DNA from: Podarcis melisellensis
Lineage: Eukaryota
Direction: 5' to 3' (one strand)
NCBI GenBank assembly: GCA_964234715.1
Contig: OZ174284.1
Length of the DNA: 64,000 nucleotides
Shown: one piece after another, positions 12,701 through 26,500 of the stretch
Position numbering within the stretch: the first letter of the stretch is position 1
Layout: each line of letters begins with the position of its first letter
The notes under the pieces: model-generated
Seen by the model: the letters and a program-made list of their open reading frames with translations, nothing else
What the model was told of the DNA's origin: nothing
Database searches by the model: none
Made by a program: the position numbers and the translations under genes

Positions 12701-15700
12701 ATCATGCAGCAGCGGGAGGCCCCATTAGCTAAAGTGGTGCTTCAGGTTAAGAACAGTTTCAGGTTAAGTACGGACCTCCGGAACGAATTAAGTACTTAAC
12801 CCAAGGTACTACTGTACTTGTTTTCAGATGGTGCCCCAGAGCAACAGAAATTCTAATCCACAGTTTCTGGGACTACGTCAAGCTCCTTACTGGGGTCAAA
12901 TAACCTAATGGATGTGGTTCATTAATTGTAAGCTTCTGGGTCATTCTGAAGCATCCACTGGACTAAACATTGTAGCTGAGAGTTAAAGGGATACTTATGA
13001 ACTTTGCTAGGTCAGCATGACTACTTATAGCACAATCCTAAACATGCTTAGGACAAGACATGCCTTACAAGTCCTATTAAAATTCAATTTGGCTTACAGA
13101 TACCTGAATGTTTCAGGAGGCTTTTGGGTTCTCAGATGGTTCACCATTTAAAAAATATTACTACCCCAGGCAACTGCTGATTTGTTTGTGCAACTCAGGC
13201 CAGCACTTGATTTCAAATATTTGACTGGAAATATGTGGGAATAAGCCAGATAATGTTAAGGAATGCCCCTTATGCTTCACTTTTCTTACATGAAGATGAT
13301 CTCCTTGGAGGAAATATGGATGTGAAATGTGGTGCACATTATCATTACTATTGGCCACAAGTACAATGATTTGGTGCCTGTGCATTTGCTTCTTTTCTCT
13401 ATGAAATACTCTCTGAATACATGTAAAACTTTTTAGTGCACACACATTTCCCTACATAGAGATTAGCAGGAAACAAATAATGCTAAAAAAAAAAGACACT
13501 GAGTTATATAGAAATCAAACTAAATGCACAGTTAAACATTTTATAACTACGGGACTTGAGAGTGCAGAGTTTTCTCTGGCTTGTGTGCTATTCTGTAGTT
13601 ATTATCAATGTCTTGAATAGGCACATTAAAGTTTGTATATATGTATATGATTTCCCCTCTCCCCTTTTTACTCCAGCAGCAGTGCACTAACAAATTGAAG
13701 GGGATGGATTACTGGAGCTAAAATTAAAGGATGCATATTTTTTTGTTTACAGTCTCAGGGGCTCACTCAATCCAGACCTAGGATACTGAGTTCTATGATT
13801 CTCTGTAAACTTGATTATTCATTTTATGGTGTTTATGGTAATGTACTTATTCATTTTATGGTTTTGTTGTAATGTACTTTTTAATACAAAACAAAAGTTT
13901 TGGCCGCTAATGATCAAGAAGATACAAATGTAGTGCGTTGTTAATATATATATAAAATCTAGTATGTATATCTAGCATATGGAGCCAATCTGACTTCTTA
14001 GATATGATAGTAAACTACTACTGATAATCTTTGTTCACAGGTCAAAGACTTCTCAAACTCTTTGAAATCAATGCAACTAAGACATTTAAATTAAATGGAG
14101 AGAAATGACAGTGGATGGATATGGTACCTGCAAGAATGACATGAGTTTCTTGACATCTCCCTGACCATTTCTGTAGCAGCTACCTACAACAGTTGCTAAC
14201 ACCTAGAGTCAAAATCTTATTTCTCTCATTGTAGCCTCTTTCTATGTCTTCCAGCAGCAATTTTAATCATACACCAAAGGGTCCACAATCAGCCATTTGC
14301 CAACAAGATGAACAGACAAAGTGAGGATTAACCAATATCTTCATGTTTTAAAAATGGATTTTACTTATGAACTACACTTTCATTGGAAATTTTGCTCCAC
14401 AGAAACCAGAAGATATTTAATACTGAACAACATGCCTAAGTCTCATCAGCTTAAATGGAAAACTGAAGAGTAGAACTGGGCTTAAAACTGATCAGGCAAA
14501 TGCCTTGTTGAACTGATAGCTGATCCTTGAAAACAGTGAGACAATACAGCGTCTACAACCTATTTTCTCCTAGTGAAAAATTGAACTCTGCCTCCATGAT
14601 TTCTCCTTGCTCTGTCTATCTACCTATACTTTTCTGCCAGCCTCATTGGTCCAGCTGTCTCTTCATTCAGCCTTCTGCTGATACAAATATGCATTTCCTC
14701 CTGACAAGGACTTCACTTCAAGAACGCACTTCAGTAACAAAACTCAAAGCTTCAAGTCTAAGTCACCTATCACCAGGAGACCATCCCAGGGAGATCTCAA
14801 AGGCCTCAGGGTGTGCGGGTGTGTTCTCGCACGTGTGGGGGGGTCCCCCTCCCATATCCTCGCACGCAGGTTACCTCTTGCTTGTCATGGTTACACTTCT
14901 CGCACATGGCCGGCGAGGAGTAATGATGGAAGACGGAGCCCGATAGGTTATCGATGATCATTAACTCCCCGTCGAAGGAGTCCTTAATAATTAAAGAGAC
15001 ACTGTCCAGCCATAAGTTCTCCTAGGGGACAAGAAAGGGGGAGGATGGGAGAAATAATTTTAAGAATTCCAAGTTTTTGTTTGTTTCAGTGTTCTTCTGT
15101 GTGAGTATATCCAGAAGGCTAAAAGAGGTTGTATGGTCTTACAAAATGAAAGTAAAGTAGGCAGAATGTGGCCCTGCTTGATGATGTAAAAGGGAGGGGC
15201 TCATATGACTAACTGGCCATGTGTAGAGAGGCACCACAGAAGCTTCATGTCCAAGGCTGCAAGTGTTCCTCAACCTTGCCCTGCAGTACCCCTTGTGCTT
15301 TGCTAACACACCTCCACACACACACTTAAATCCCTTCTCAATCCAGTTTGAACTCCTCAAAGAACTCTGGTCTCAGTTCTACAGAGCACCCTTTGCTGTT
15401 CCATGTTCTGGCTCCATGTGACTGCCAATTCGTCCAAACACCCATCCTAGAACTGAATGCCAGCCGGCCATATAGTTATAGACACACCTTTTTCCACCAT
15501 CAGGTTCTGCAACCACCTAAGCTGCCCTTCTCCTACCCACATCAATGTGCCAAAGTCTTGCAATTAAGCAACACAACAACAACCAAACACCGCCACCTAC
15601 CTGTGCAGGAGAGTAACATGCCATGCACAGCTGTCCTCCAGGATCCAATCTCCCACCTCCTCCATCGTGTCCAGCACTCGGTGAACCACAGTTACGGGAG

Positions 15701-18700
15701 CAGAGGCCGTGGGCCATCTCCAGCTCAATCTCAGCATCCATTTCTGCATCTTCTTGTGCTTCCTTGTTGCTGTCGTCCAGGTGTTTCATAAGCACAGCTA
15801 CTACTACATTGATGAGGACAAACTGGGCGGTGAGCACGAAGCTGACAAAGTAGAGTGGCGAGATGAACTGCAGGTTGCTGAGACAGCTCCGGTCGTCATG
15901 AGTGCATTCACGCAGTGTGTCCTTGAGGAACATGTTAGGCCACAAATGAGGAAGAAAACACCCTCAAAGAAAACCAAACAGAAACCCCACAACACATAGA
16001 CATACACATACAGAGAGAAAGAAGAGAGAAAAGGCTGAAGTAATGAATGCAAATGTGGTTGCTCTCTCAGACAAAGTATACAGACAAAGATGGCAAGATG
16101 GCAGCTTCTGGACACAGAACTCTCCTCTCTTTTCCAATTCCAAAGTTTCCTGGAATCACAGGAAATCGGTCGAGTGGGCTGGCGTTTTCTAGCAAGCCAA
16201 TGAAATGTCAGTTCCAGTTTACTCCTAATGGGCTGTCCGTCTGTCTATCTACTTACATGATTTCTATGCCACCCGATGACACAGTTTTCTAGACTGCTTA
16301 CGATAAAACATTAAATGGCAATGGCATCAGTCATCAATAAAACAACAAAAAAGTCAGTGGTAGCAAGTAAAACACCAGAAGGTGTAAAGCATCACTAAAG
16401 GCAGATCTAAGATTCAGTGGATTAAAAGTACAAAGATCTAAAAAACCCAGGGAGATAAGAATGTCTTCACCTGGCACTGAAAAGAATATAAACAAAGCAC
16501 CAGGCGAGCATCTCTGGAGTGGCCATTCCATAACCAGGTGCCACCACTGAAAAGGCCCTTTCCACAGTAGTCAACAACTGCAGCTCATTTGCTGAGGGCA
16601 GCTGGAGAAGGGCTTATTTATTTCAGCACATATAAACAGGAACACTGCTGTCAGGCCCATGCAGAGGGTTGGGGGCAGCCAGGTACACTTGCCCCGGGGG
16701 CCCCTGCCAGGGACCAGCTGCCTTTTCGTTTGAGTTTATAACTTTATTCCAACAAGACTCTCGCCCCAGGCCTCAGGCAAGCTCTGCACAAGCCTAACTG
16801 GTGTTAATATGTTTGCTCTTGCAAAATAAATTTTATAGAGTTAGGGATTTGGCGTCGAATGTTATTTGTTTAAGTGACTAGAAACCATGCGCAGGGTTAC
16901 GAAGGTAAGGAGGATTCTTGCACTGCTTGCTCTGGAGAGTTTACTCATGGGCCTTACTGCCGCAGTTCTGATTTATCTCTTGTCAAGGCAGGAGGACATG
17001 GGTCAAAACTAGAGCAGGCATATGGTGGAGTGTCTTTCATGGGGCCTTATCTGATTTCATATTCATAGGTAAAGGTAAAGGGAGCCCTGACCATTAGGTC
17101 CAGCTGTGGCCGACTCTGGGGTTGCGGCACTCATCTCACTTTACTGGCCGAGGAAGCAAGGCGTACAGCTTCTGGGCCATGTGGCCAGCATAACTAAGCC
17201 GCTTCTGGTGAACCAGAGGAGCACACGGAACGCCGTTTACCTTCCCGCCGGAGCGGCACCTATTTATCTACTTGCACTTTGACGTGCTTTCGAACTGCTA
17301 AGTTGGCAGGAGCAGGGACCGATCAACGGGAGCTCACCCCATCGCGGGGATTCGAACCGCCGACCTTCTGATCAGCAAGTCCTGATCAGCAAGTCTGATC
17401 ACCCATCCCTTCATATTCATACATTACTCTAAAACCAGCTTTTTATATTTTTTAGCTTTTACATCTTAATGAAAGAACCCCATTCCACACAGGGAGAGGT
17501 TGCATTGCTACAGACAATTTTTATAAAATACTAGAGAATGGCAGTTTGTGTAATATGGTGAGAAGGACTTGTGCCAATTTCTCAATTCTCTTTCCTTTCT
17601 TCTTGTCAGCTTCTGGTTCAGAAAACCAGATTCTACACAAGCTCTGATAATACTATGAAAATTCACCACCTTTCCTGAGGTGAACTCTATGTGCCAAACT
17701 GTGATCTGTTCAGGTTCCTTCCTCCCAGGAAGCGCCAACACTTCTACACCCAGCCACAGATTAGATGTTTGCAACATTATTCAATCCTACTCTTTTCTCT
17801 ATCCTCTCACACACACAACTAAGTGCCGGTCTGTTTCCATTTCAGGATGTAATTCATTGGGACCAAAGACATATTTCCAACAGTGGCCCAAGTTACCTTC
17901 ATGATTCCATTCCAGTTATCACCAGTGGAGACCTGGAAAAGTGTGAGGAAGGCCATCCCAAAGTTCTCAAAGGTGGCATGACGGCTCATACCCTCACAGG
18001 GATTCTCATCGTTGCAAACTGGAAAGAAGTAATTTATAGGAGAAAAAGTGAACCATTGGCTATATTCCAGTGAAAGGCAAGAGATGAAAAAGCAGTTCTT
18101 TGTAATATTAATTGTAACTTTATATCTAAGTCCACATAAAAATAGCTTTTGCATACTGTTACTGGCCAACAAGCTGGAATGGCCAAAATGACAAAAATCT
18201 GATGAGTTCCCATATTTATCAGGTTGCACACATGCATATTGTTCTTGCAATATTTTATGTCAAGCTACTTTCCAAATGTCTGCCTTCCATTATTACATTT
18301 GGAAGATCCAAACTATATTCCTACATTACTTCTGGATGCTACTGTGCAAAAATGCTGTGTTTGCATTGCTCATTAAAACTGATGGCCTATTAGGATGCAT
18401 AAGCTTCAGTCAGCAAATGTATTGGAGCCAGATGTTAGAGCCAGTGAGAGTGACAAAGTAAATGACTGAATTTCTAATTCACTTAGTGATAACAGCTACA
18501 ACTTCATCTAATGGTTGTTCAAGTGTTACATCCTCAAGAACTTAAATTTTGAGGAACTCCATGATTCAGCCCAATAATTCCAAAAGGACTGGTCACAGTA
18601 TATGGCAGGTGGTTAAATATAAAAATAATATCTATCAATCCATCATTTTGGGATCAGAGGTCATGTCTCCAAGATTCCTGTGTGTACAGGAATCATCTAT

Positions 18701-21700
18701 AATTTCTTCTTAAATAACAGAATAATGTATACAAGCTCATTTTCTGTATATGAATGTAGGGCTGTGCCCTGGATTCAGCCAAAGTCCAAATCCTAAAACA
18801 GATTGGGTCAACTTGGGCACAGCTGGGCTTCAGTCGAGTTGGGCTGAGATAGTCCTTGATCAACCCCAAGTGGGCATACCCAGGTACTGGTTTTTTTTAA
18901 ACAATTCACTGGGGTAACTGTATGGAAAGCAACAGCCACCCATCTTTGAAATAGACTAACTGCGGGCAACAAACCATGCAAGAGAAATTCCCTGTCATGA
19001 TAGATTCTTGGAGATACTCAGAAATTCTGCTAATTGCTGTGGAAAAAATAACCCTAAAGCATGATGGGAATCTTCCATGCATCTTGTAACCCACCTCTGT
19101 GCTAGAAACTTACTGAGTTTCCCAAAGAGCTCCACTCCTAGAGCAGCATAGATGAAAAAAAGGAGCATGAAGAGCAGTCCAAGATTCCCCACCTAAGAAA
19201 AAAATCAAACATACAAACCAAAGTCAAGCCAAACTAATGCGTATGATACAAGCGTCACCAAGCTGAGACCTCAATCCCCATTAGAGTAGCATGGAGAAAA
19301 CATACACACACACACACCTCTGCATTTGTGCTTCTTACAAATGATTCAGATAATCTATTCAATTTATTGGAGGGATGATGGCAGCCCCAAGTAGAGTGTG
19401 TTACAGTAGTCCAACTGGGATGTATCTAAGACATGTATTATTATGGCCAGATCCGACATCTCATAGTAGAACCCCAAAGGTGGCTTAACAAATACGCAGC
19501 AGCAAATTAGAGAGTCTGAAAAATGCTACCAGATTGAACATGAGAAAAGGAGGCGGCAATTTCAATTGTGGTGTATACTAAAAACACTTTGGAAATGAAT
19601 AGTCTGAACCAGAAGTGGACAGTCTGAATTGGAAGTTGAAATGTCAACAGAGAGCTTCAAGAAAGCACACCCATCTTCTACTTGTTCTCCCTAAACTGAA
19701 TTTGACTCAGAAGGTGTGACTGAAGGGCTGGATTCCTGGGTTGCTCCTCCTAAGCCGGGAGCATAAACAGTTCCTCCAAACAAGGTATGATGCAGGGAGC
19801 AGAGAGCACCACAATTGCATACCCAGGCACATGATGTCAGTAGCCTAGTGAGGGGCCAACCTTCAAAATAACAAACACAACATTGATATTGGGTTGAAAT
19901 AGTCTGAAACCTTTATTGCAAGTATGCTTATGCCAAGGCATTGGGTATGTATCTGGTATCAAGCAGTGAGTCTGCTGGTTGTTAAGGGGGGGAGTGCTGA
20001 ACCTAACCAGAGGGTCATCCCCTGACATGCACCAGGTGTTACAATCCTGCCATGGCCACCACTAGGAAGGGTGCTATGGTCCATTAGCCCCCATGAGAAC
20101 TCTTGGACAAAACACCCTTCCCGGACCCCTTTAATGGAGTACCTGAACAGCTAAGGATCCAACCTGGAGAGGTGCTGAGCATTTCCCCATGGCCACACGG
20201 GGCAGGGAATGAGATCACGCCGTGGCCAGGCTGGGCAGCAAATGCCCAATTAGTAGAGACTCCCTATCTGCCCACCCCTTCCCCAGCCAAAATCAGGCAC
20301 TTCAATTCCACACTTCTGTAGTACACCTGGCTCACAGCATGGAAGGTTGACTACTACATGGTTTGCTAAGATTGTGTCTGAAAAACAAGAGGAGGAAAAA
20401 GGAAAGACATAAAGCAAAAGGTTATCAGGATGGAAAGGATTTAATTTTGAAGTACTTGTTCTGCCAGAGTTCATAGATCTTTGAGAATAATAATGTTATG
20501 GATAATTTGGTTGTCCCCTGAAGAGTCAATGTGCAGAATATGGAAACTCAACCCAATCACTTAAGTGCTGAAAATTTTATTACTGCCTCAAGTGAAACCC
20601 CCCATGCACTACGGCTTAAACTATGGCTTAATCTTTGCAGCCTCCACCATGCAACATTATTAAATGAAGCTGCCTTCTAAAGAAATAATGAACTATTGTG
20701 CTTTCTAGGCTTTGCCGGTGCTTGAAGAACAACGCAGCACAAGTTCTTCAGATAGGGAAACATGCCTTCAGATGCAGATAACCTGAAGACACTGTTTTGC
20801 AATGATTCTCATCCTGCCTGAGAAGGCAGGTGCAGAGGGCAGCCTTGGGTGGATGCTACTCTTTCGGCCTGGAATGCTGTAAGGTGCCACCTTGTCCCCA
20901 ATGCTTTTAAATATCTATATGCAGCCACAGGCAGAGAACATTAATCATTCTGGAGTGCAGTGTCACTGGAGTGCTGATGGCCCCTGGCTAACATCAAACC
21001 TAATGCCAGCAGTCAAGAGTCCTAACTTGGATGCAGTTATTATCTGAACAAACTGAAGTTGAATCCTGAAAAGATAGGGCGATGATGGCAGGCAGTCCAA
21101 GGGACCCAAACACAGGGAGTATGTGTGCCTGTTCTGGATAGTGTTGCACTCACCTGGAAAAAGTAAATGTACTGCCTGGTGCTGCTCATGGCTGCCCAAG
21201 TGGTGGCAGTGGTTAGGAAAGCCTTTAACTGATTAAGCTGGTTGCATCCCCTCCTTGATGACAGAGACTTGGCCACACTCATCTATGTCCTAATAATTTC
21301 AATGATAGATTACTGCAAAATGTTATATATGGTAAAAAAATAAATATATCTGATTTTGAACCCCCCCACCTCACAATGTGGAAACTTCAGTATTTTTATG
21401 AAGAGCAATAGTTTCACACAAGTGGGGTTTAAAACACCACTGATGAGCCCTTTCCTCCTGAAGGCTGTACTCTTGGGGGAGGGTGATGCTGCCCTCTGAA
21501 CATCTAAAACTCATAGCCTCTGTAGCATAACTCCCTCATTTGTAAATGATAAAAAGTGGGTACGTGTTCTCAGTGTAAGAAAACAAGGGATTCTTGTTTG
21601 CGCAGACAGAGCAGCAAACAGAAAGCAAGAATTCCACAGAATTGTAGAGTTGTAATCCGGAGTACAATTAAAAAAGTTGCATCAGATAGCAGTGCACTGG

Positions 21701-23531
21701 AGGCAAGAATGTGATATCACGCACAAGTCTCATGTGTAACAATTTGAGATAAAGTTTCAGGCTCACCTCATTCACACAAAGAGATTATCAAATAACCAGC
21801 CAACAGACAAACACATGCTCATATTTTTTTATAGACAAGATAGAAGATAGCCCTCTTGGATGCCATTATTCATTCTTTGGCAATTATCTCCTAAGAACCA
21901 AAGTGTATGTGTAATCCCTGTTTCCCAAGCCACTTATCCATCAAGTGGAATTCTGTCAGTTTGCTCCTGGCTTGATACCCATGGGAATCGAGTGGTGGGC
22001 AGTGGAAACATCAATACTGAGTATTTCTCTTGAGCAGCTGCCTTTTGCAAGTCATGCAAATCCCCCTATCCAGCTGCTGCCTTTCAGGTGACATTTCACT
22101 ACATGCAAAGATGGAGGAGGCATTATTTCTCATGGGACAGGAGACTTGATAAACGATCAGGCATTCGACAGGAGAATGGAAAATGGAGAAGGAAGAGTGA
22201 GAGCCAGACTTAGTCAGGCCCATTTTTAGTCTTTCTTTTAAAACAACAACAACAACCCCAAGCACATTATTTTTATTTGATGTTCCCACTTTACAGTTAC
22301 ATGAAAAAAAATAAAAGAGAAATAAGAAAGGAATTATTTATATATTTAAAAAATGGAACCACTGCTCATAGTGTTTAAACGTTCTTAACATCCTCTGGCA
22401 CTTGAGTTCAAAGAGGAGAGGAGATTTTGTGCTTTTTGTAGATTAAGAACATGAGAATGTAAGATGAGCCTGCTGGATCAAGCCAATGGCCCGTCTAGTT
22501 CAACATCCTGTTCTTGCAGTGGCCAACCAGATGCCTGTGGAAAACCCCTAAGCAGGACCTGAGCACAACAGCACTTGGCCTTCCTGTGGTTTCTTGCAAC
22601 AGGTATTCATTGCTGCCTCTAACTATGGAGGCAGAGCATAGCCATCATGGCAAGAAGCCATCAACAACCTTCTCTCTCTCATGCATTTAAGTTGGTGGCA
22701 GATACTGCCTCCTATAGGATCAAGGTCTATAGTCTAGCCATGTGAGATGCATAGTTGGCAATCTGGGGAACCATTCTAGCTCCCCAGCAGCTTCCTAGCT
22801 GGCCTTCAAAACAGTCACAGATCCAATCCACCCTTGATGACTATTTATTTATTACATGTTATGTCTTGCCTTTTCCCATCATGAAACTCAAGGCAGGGTA
22901 CATGAGGTTCCAAACTGGCCTCCCATACAGGGACCACTGACCAGACCTAGACCTTCTCACTCCATACATGAGCTAAAGGAAATGGAAGTAAAGGACTGAA
23001 GTGTCCCTTGCCGTCAATTTGAGAGTGTGTTATGCCACACTTAAACTCCCATGGAGGAGATGAGAAACAAGCAGCCTGAAGCATCTTTCTGAGGTAGGAA
23101 AAGGGCTAAGACCTCCTTGCCTTGCCAGTTCTCTCAGTCTTGTTTGCCTCTCTGAATATTGGACATGGCCTTCCCTATTACAAATGGGACGTCCAGGTGA
23201 TGTAACATGAAGGGTCTATTTTGGCCCCAGTAATATCATTTTTCAAAATCTGGTTTTCAGCCCTTATGGTTGGAGAACAATGTCTGACAATGTGGTGGTA
23301 GATATTGCCAAAGGTCCTGAAAACAAAAATGGCCATAGGCAGTGTCTTTTGACACACCAGTCACTGCCAAAATATTTCCAGTTCTGAGAATAGTGAAATC
23401 AGAAAGAATGATGCCAAATTAAATACAATTCTGCATTTTTGCATTATTTACTTTGAGCACCAAAAGCATGCATTGTTAATACAGAGTACATCTAGCCAAG
23501 GGCATAGTGAGATAAACAAAAAAAGAAACGA

Positions 23532-23575
<44 letters not shown>

Positions 23576-26500
23576 AGAAAGGAAAAGGAAAATAGGAATA
23601 AGATCATTTAACACTGTGTAAAAGCACTGTGTTCAATGAGGCTAAAAAGGGATAAAAGTATCTAAGGGGATAAAGAGCTAATTACCTGAATATTGTTTCT
23701 TTTCCTGAAGTGTGAAATGAAAGTCAGTGGAGCTAATGGACGGAAGCATAGCTGAGCAATTGTAGTGTTTTGGCAAGTGGCAAGCCTACTGAATCAGTGT
23801 GATTGAAACTTACAATCTGCACAGGGCTGAAGCAGATCGTTGCTGATCCAAGGGTTCTCTGCTGTCATGGGTATTTGGAGTTACCATCATTATTTTTACA
23901 CAATTGTTGCTGTCTCCTTCCTGCCTCATGTAGTGATTCAGTGAGAGTGCCTGGACTAATGGTAATGATCACAGCTGACCAATGGGTGTGAGAGTTGCAG
24001 GCATGTCAGTCTCCCACAAAAGCACTATGATTTGCCAGACAAAGCTGACAGGTGGAAGTGTATATAAGATACAAAATGGAGAATATGATATCAGACCCCA
24101 TTTGCTGATAAAGAGCTCTAAGAAAGTTTGCAAACTTACTGTTTCAGATATTTGTTTTTAATTAGTGAACTTGAATCTTAAGTCTTATTATTTTTGGTTA
24201 GTAAACTTACAAATGCATATATAAGTTGGCCAGTAGAAAATATCACTTCATCAGTCTTGGGCTTCTAACCTTCCTTTTTAAAACAAGTATCGGATATCTT
24301 ATTTGTAGAAAAGAATGTGGGAGCGGCGATACCAACCGCTTATCCAAAAGGCAGAAGATAAAATAACTGTGCTTTCAAAATTTCAGAATTTGTAACATGT
24401 ACAATGCAGTCACAGGAAGGCTTACTCAGAAGGAAGTCCCACTGTGCCTGGTGGAGCTTACTCCTCAGTAAGTATGTTTGGGAGTTCAGCCTTGGGCTGC
24501 ACAATTCTACACTCCCATACTTGGGAGCAAGTCCTCTTGAATGCAACAGAATTTACTTCTGAATAAATAAGCCTAGGGTTGAGCTGTTGGCAGCCAAGGC
24601 CTACTTTCTTTTCCCCTCAGGAATGGCAGCCTCAGCCCATCTCATAATTAAATGTTTTGACTCTTAAATGAAAACAAAAAACTAGTGCAAAATCCTCTGT
24701 AAAAAGATATGGCTTCATTTACCTGTGGCAGTGCTTGCACGACTGTGTCCAGTAATGCTCGCATTCCAGTCGCCATCTTCAGGAGCTTCAAAACTGTCAT
24801 GGGGGGAAAAGCAAAGTGGGTGGCTTTTCACACAGGATCAGCAAACCAAGCAATGGTCCTGTTGCTGGTTTTTCTCCCTAATGTGTCTGATTAGAGAACA
24901 CTCCTGCCAACATCTCATCTTTTTCTCCCCACCACCCAGTCTCTTTTTCTCAGCCACTCGCCTCCTCTCCATTTAACCCCTTCTGTTTCTGAAATGATAG
25001 TTCCCAGTAATTATGGTGCCCTCGCCACTATACAGATGAGCATACTCTCTTGGGTACCAGAATTCAGAGGATTCTTACCAAGGACCAAAATTGCAAGGAC
25101 CAAAAATGCCCTTGGCATTCTCAGTGGTCCTGTGCAGCCTAACAAAGGTTGCAGCAGCACAGCCGTACTTCTCATTGATTTGGGTGTCACCAGGTAAATG
25201 TCAGAGGAAATAGGTCCCCACACTAATTACTATAGGGGCCTGGGTTCTGGAGATGTTTGGCTCAACTCGTAATTAGCCCATACATGGCTAACTGGGGAAG
25301 TTCATGCTCTAAACACCTCCAGTTCTGAACTCTGGCAGCATCACTTGCACAGGTACATGTGAATGTCTGGCAATATGTCTGGCAAAGTCCCAGTTAGTTG
25401 AGTGTTACTCAGTTGTCAGTCAGAAAGCAGCCCTGCTCAAGTTCATAGTTCTGTGGAAAATTCAGAGCACTGGAAACCTGCATGGTGTTAAGAAGAGCCC
25501 TGCTACGCATGCTGAAGAGTCACATTGGATAAGCATGGTAGGAGAAAGATGCCAGAATGACTGCATCTGTGTGGCTCTTGCACACACACAGAAGATGACA
25601 AATTTCACAAGCATCAAGGGCATGTGAGGCCCAATATGTGATTTAGCAGAGACTCCAAGTTGCTTAGTCTTCCTCAGTCTAGTCTCCTACTAATACATTA
25701 GGAACATAGGAATATAGGAAGACCATTGGCACATCTAGCTCAATACTGTCTACTGACTGGACATGGCTCTCCAGGGTTTTAGGCAAGGAGTCCTTCTCAA
25801 CCTTGTTGGGGGGTGCCAAGCATAGAAACTGGGGCCTTTGGCATTCAAAGTGTATGCTCTACCTCTGAGCCACAGCCCTTCCTCGTCCTTCTCGAAACAT
25901 GCCTATTGGTCAGTCTGTGCTCTGTAGCTCCCTCTGTAGCTCACCTCGGGCAATACGCAGCACTCTCATGATACGGATGATGGTGGGGTTGATGGGAAGG
26001 GCAGCATTTATTTCAATCTCCTCAAGTGTGATGCCCATGACTGAGAGCAGAACAATGGCCAGGTCCAGTTGGTTCCACCTTTAAGAGATGGGAATCAATT
26101 TATTCCTTTGACAATTTTCATAAATGACACACTTTCAAACTAGGCACAGCTTATCAACAAGTTATTTGTAATGCTGTACTTATCAAAGGTTCCTTTTTTT
26201 AAAAAAAAATGGAACAAAACATGGAAATCTGTGTTTGCTAATTAAATAAATGAGCATGCCAATTAAGCAAACGGACATCCTTTATTTTGGCTGTTCTGTT
26301 TGCTTGGATGAGAATTTATATTTGCATGGTATTTGATTATTATTTGGCAGGTGGGGAGGCACATTTTTTAAATATGATACATCAAAATGCTTTATACTGA
26401 TTCAATATTGTTCACTTTGATTGGCAGCAGCATTTCCCGCCCCAATATCTTAGATTCTTTAACTGGACTGAATTTGGGACATGGTAAGTGTGTCCCTGAG

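Noticed and set aside
19835-20358. Possible LTR-like insertion
   Set aside because: Termini are only loosely inverted and there is no convincing TSD
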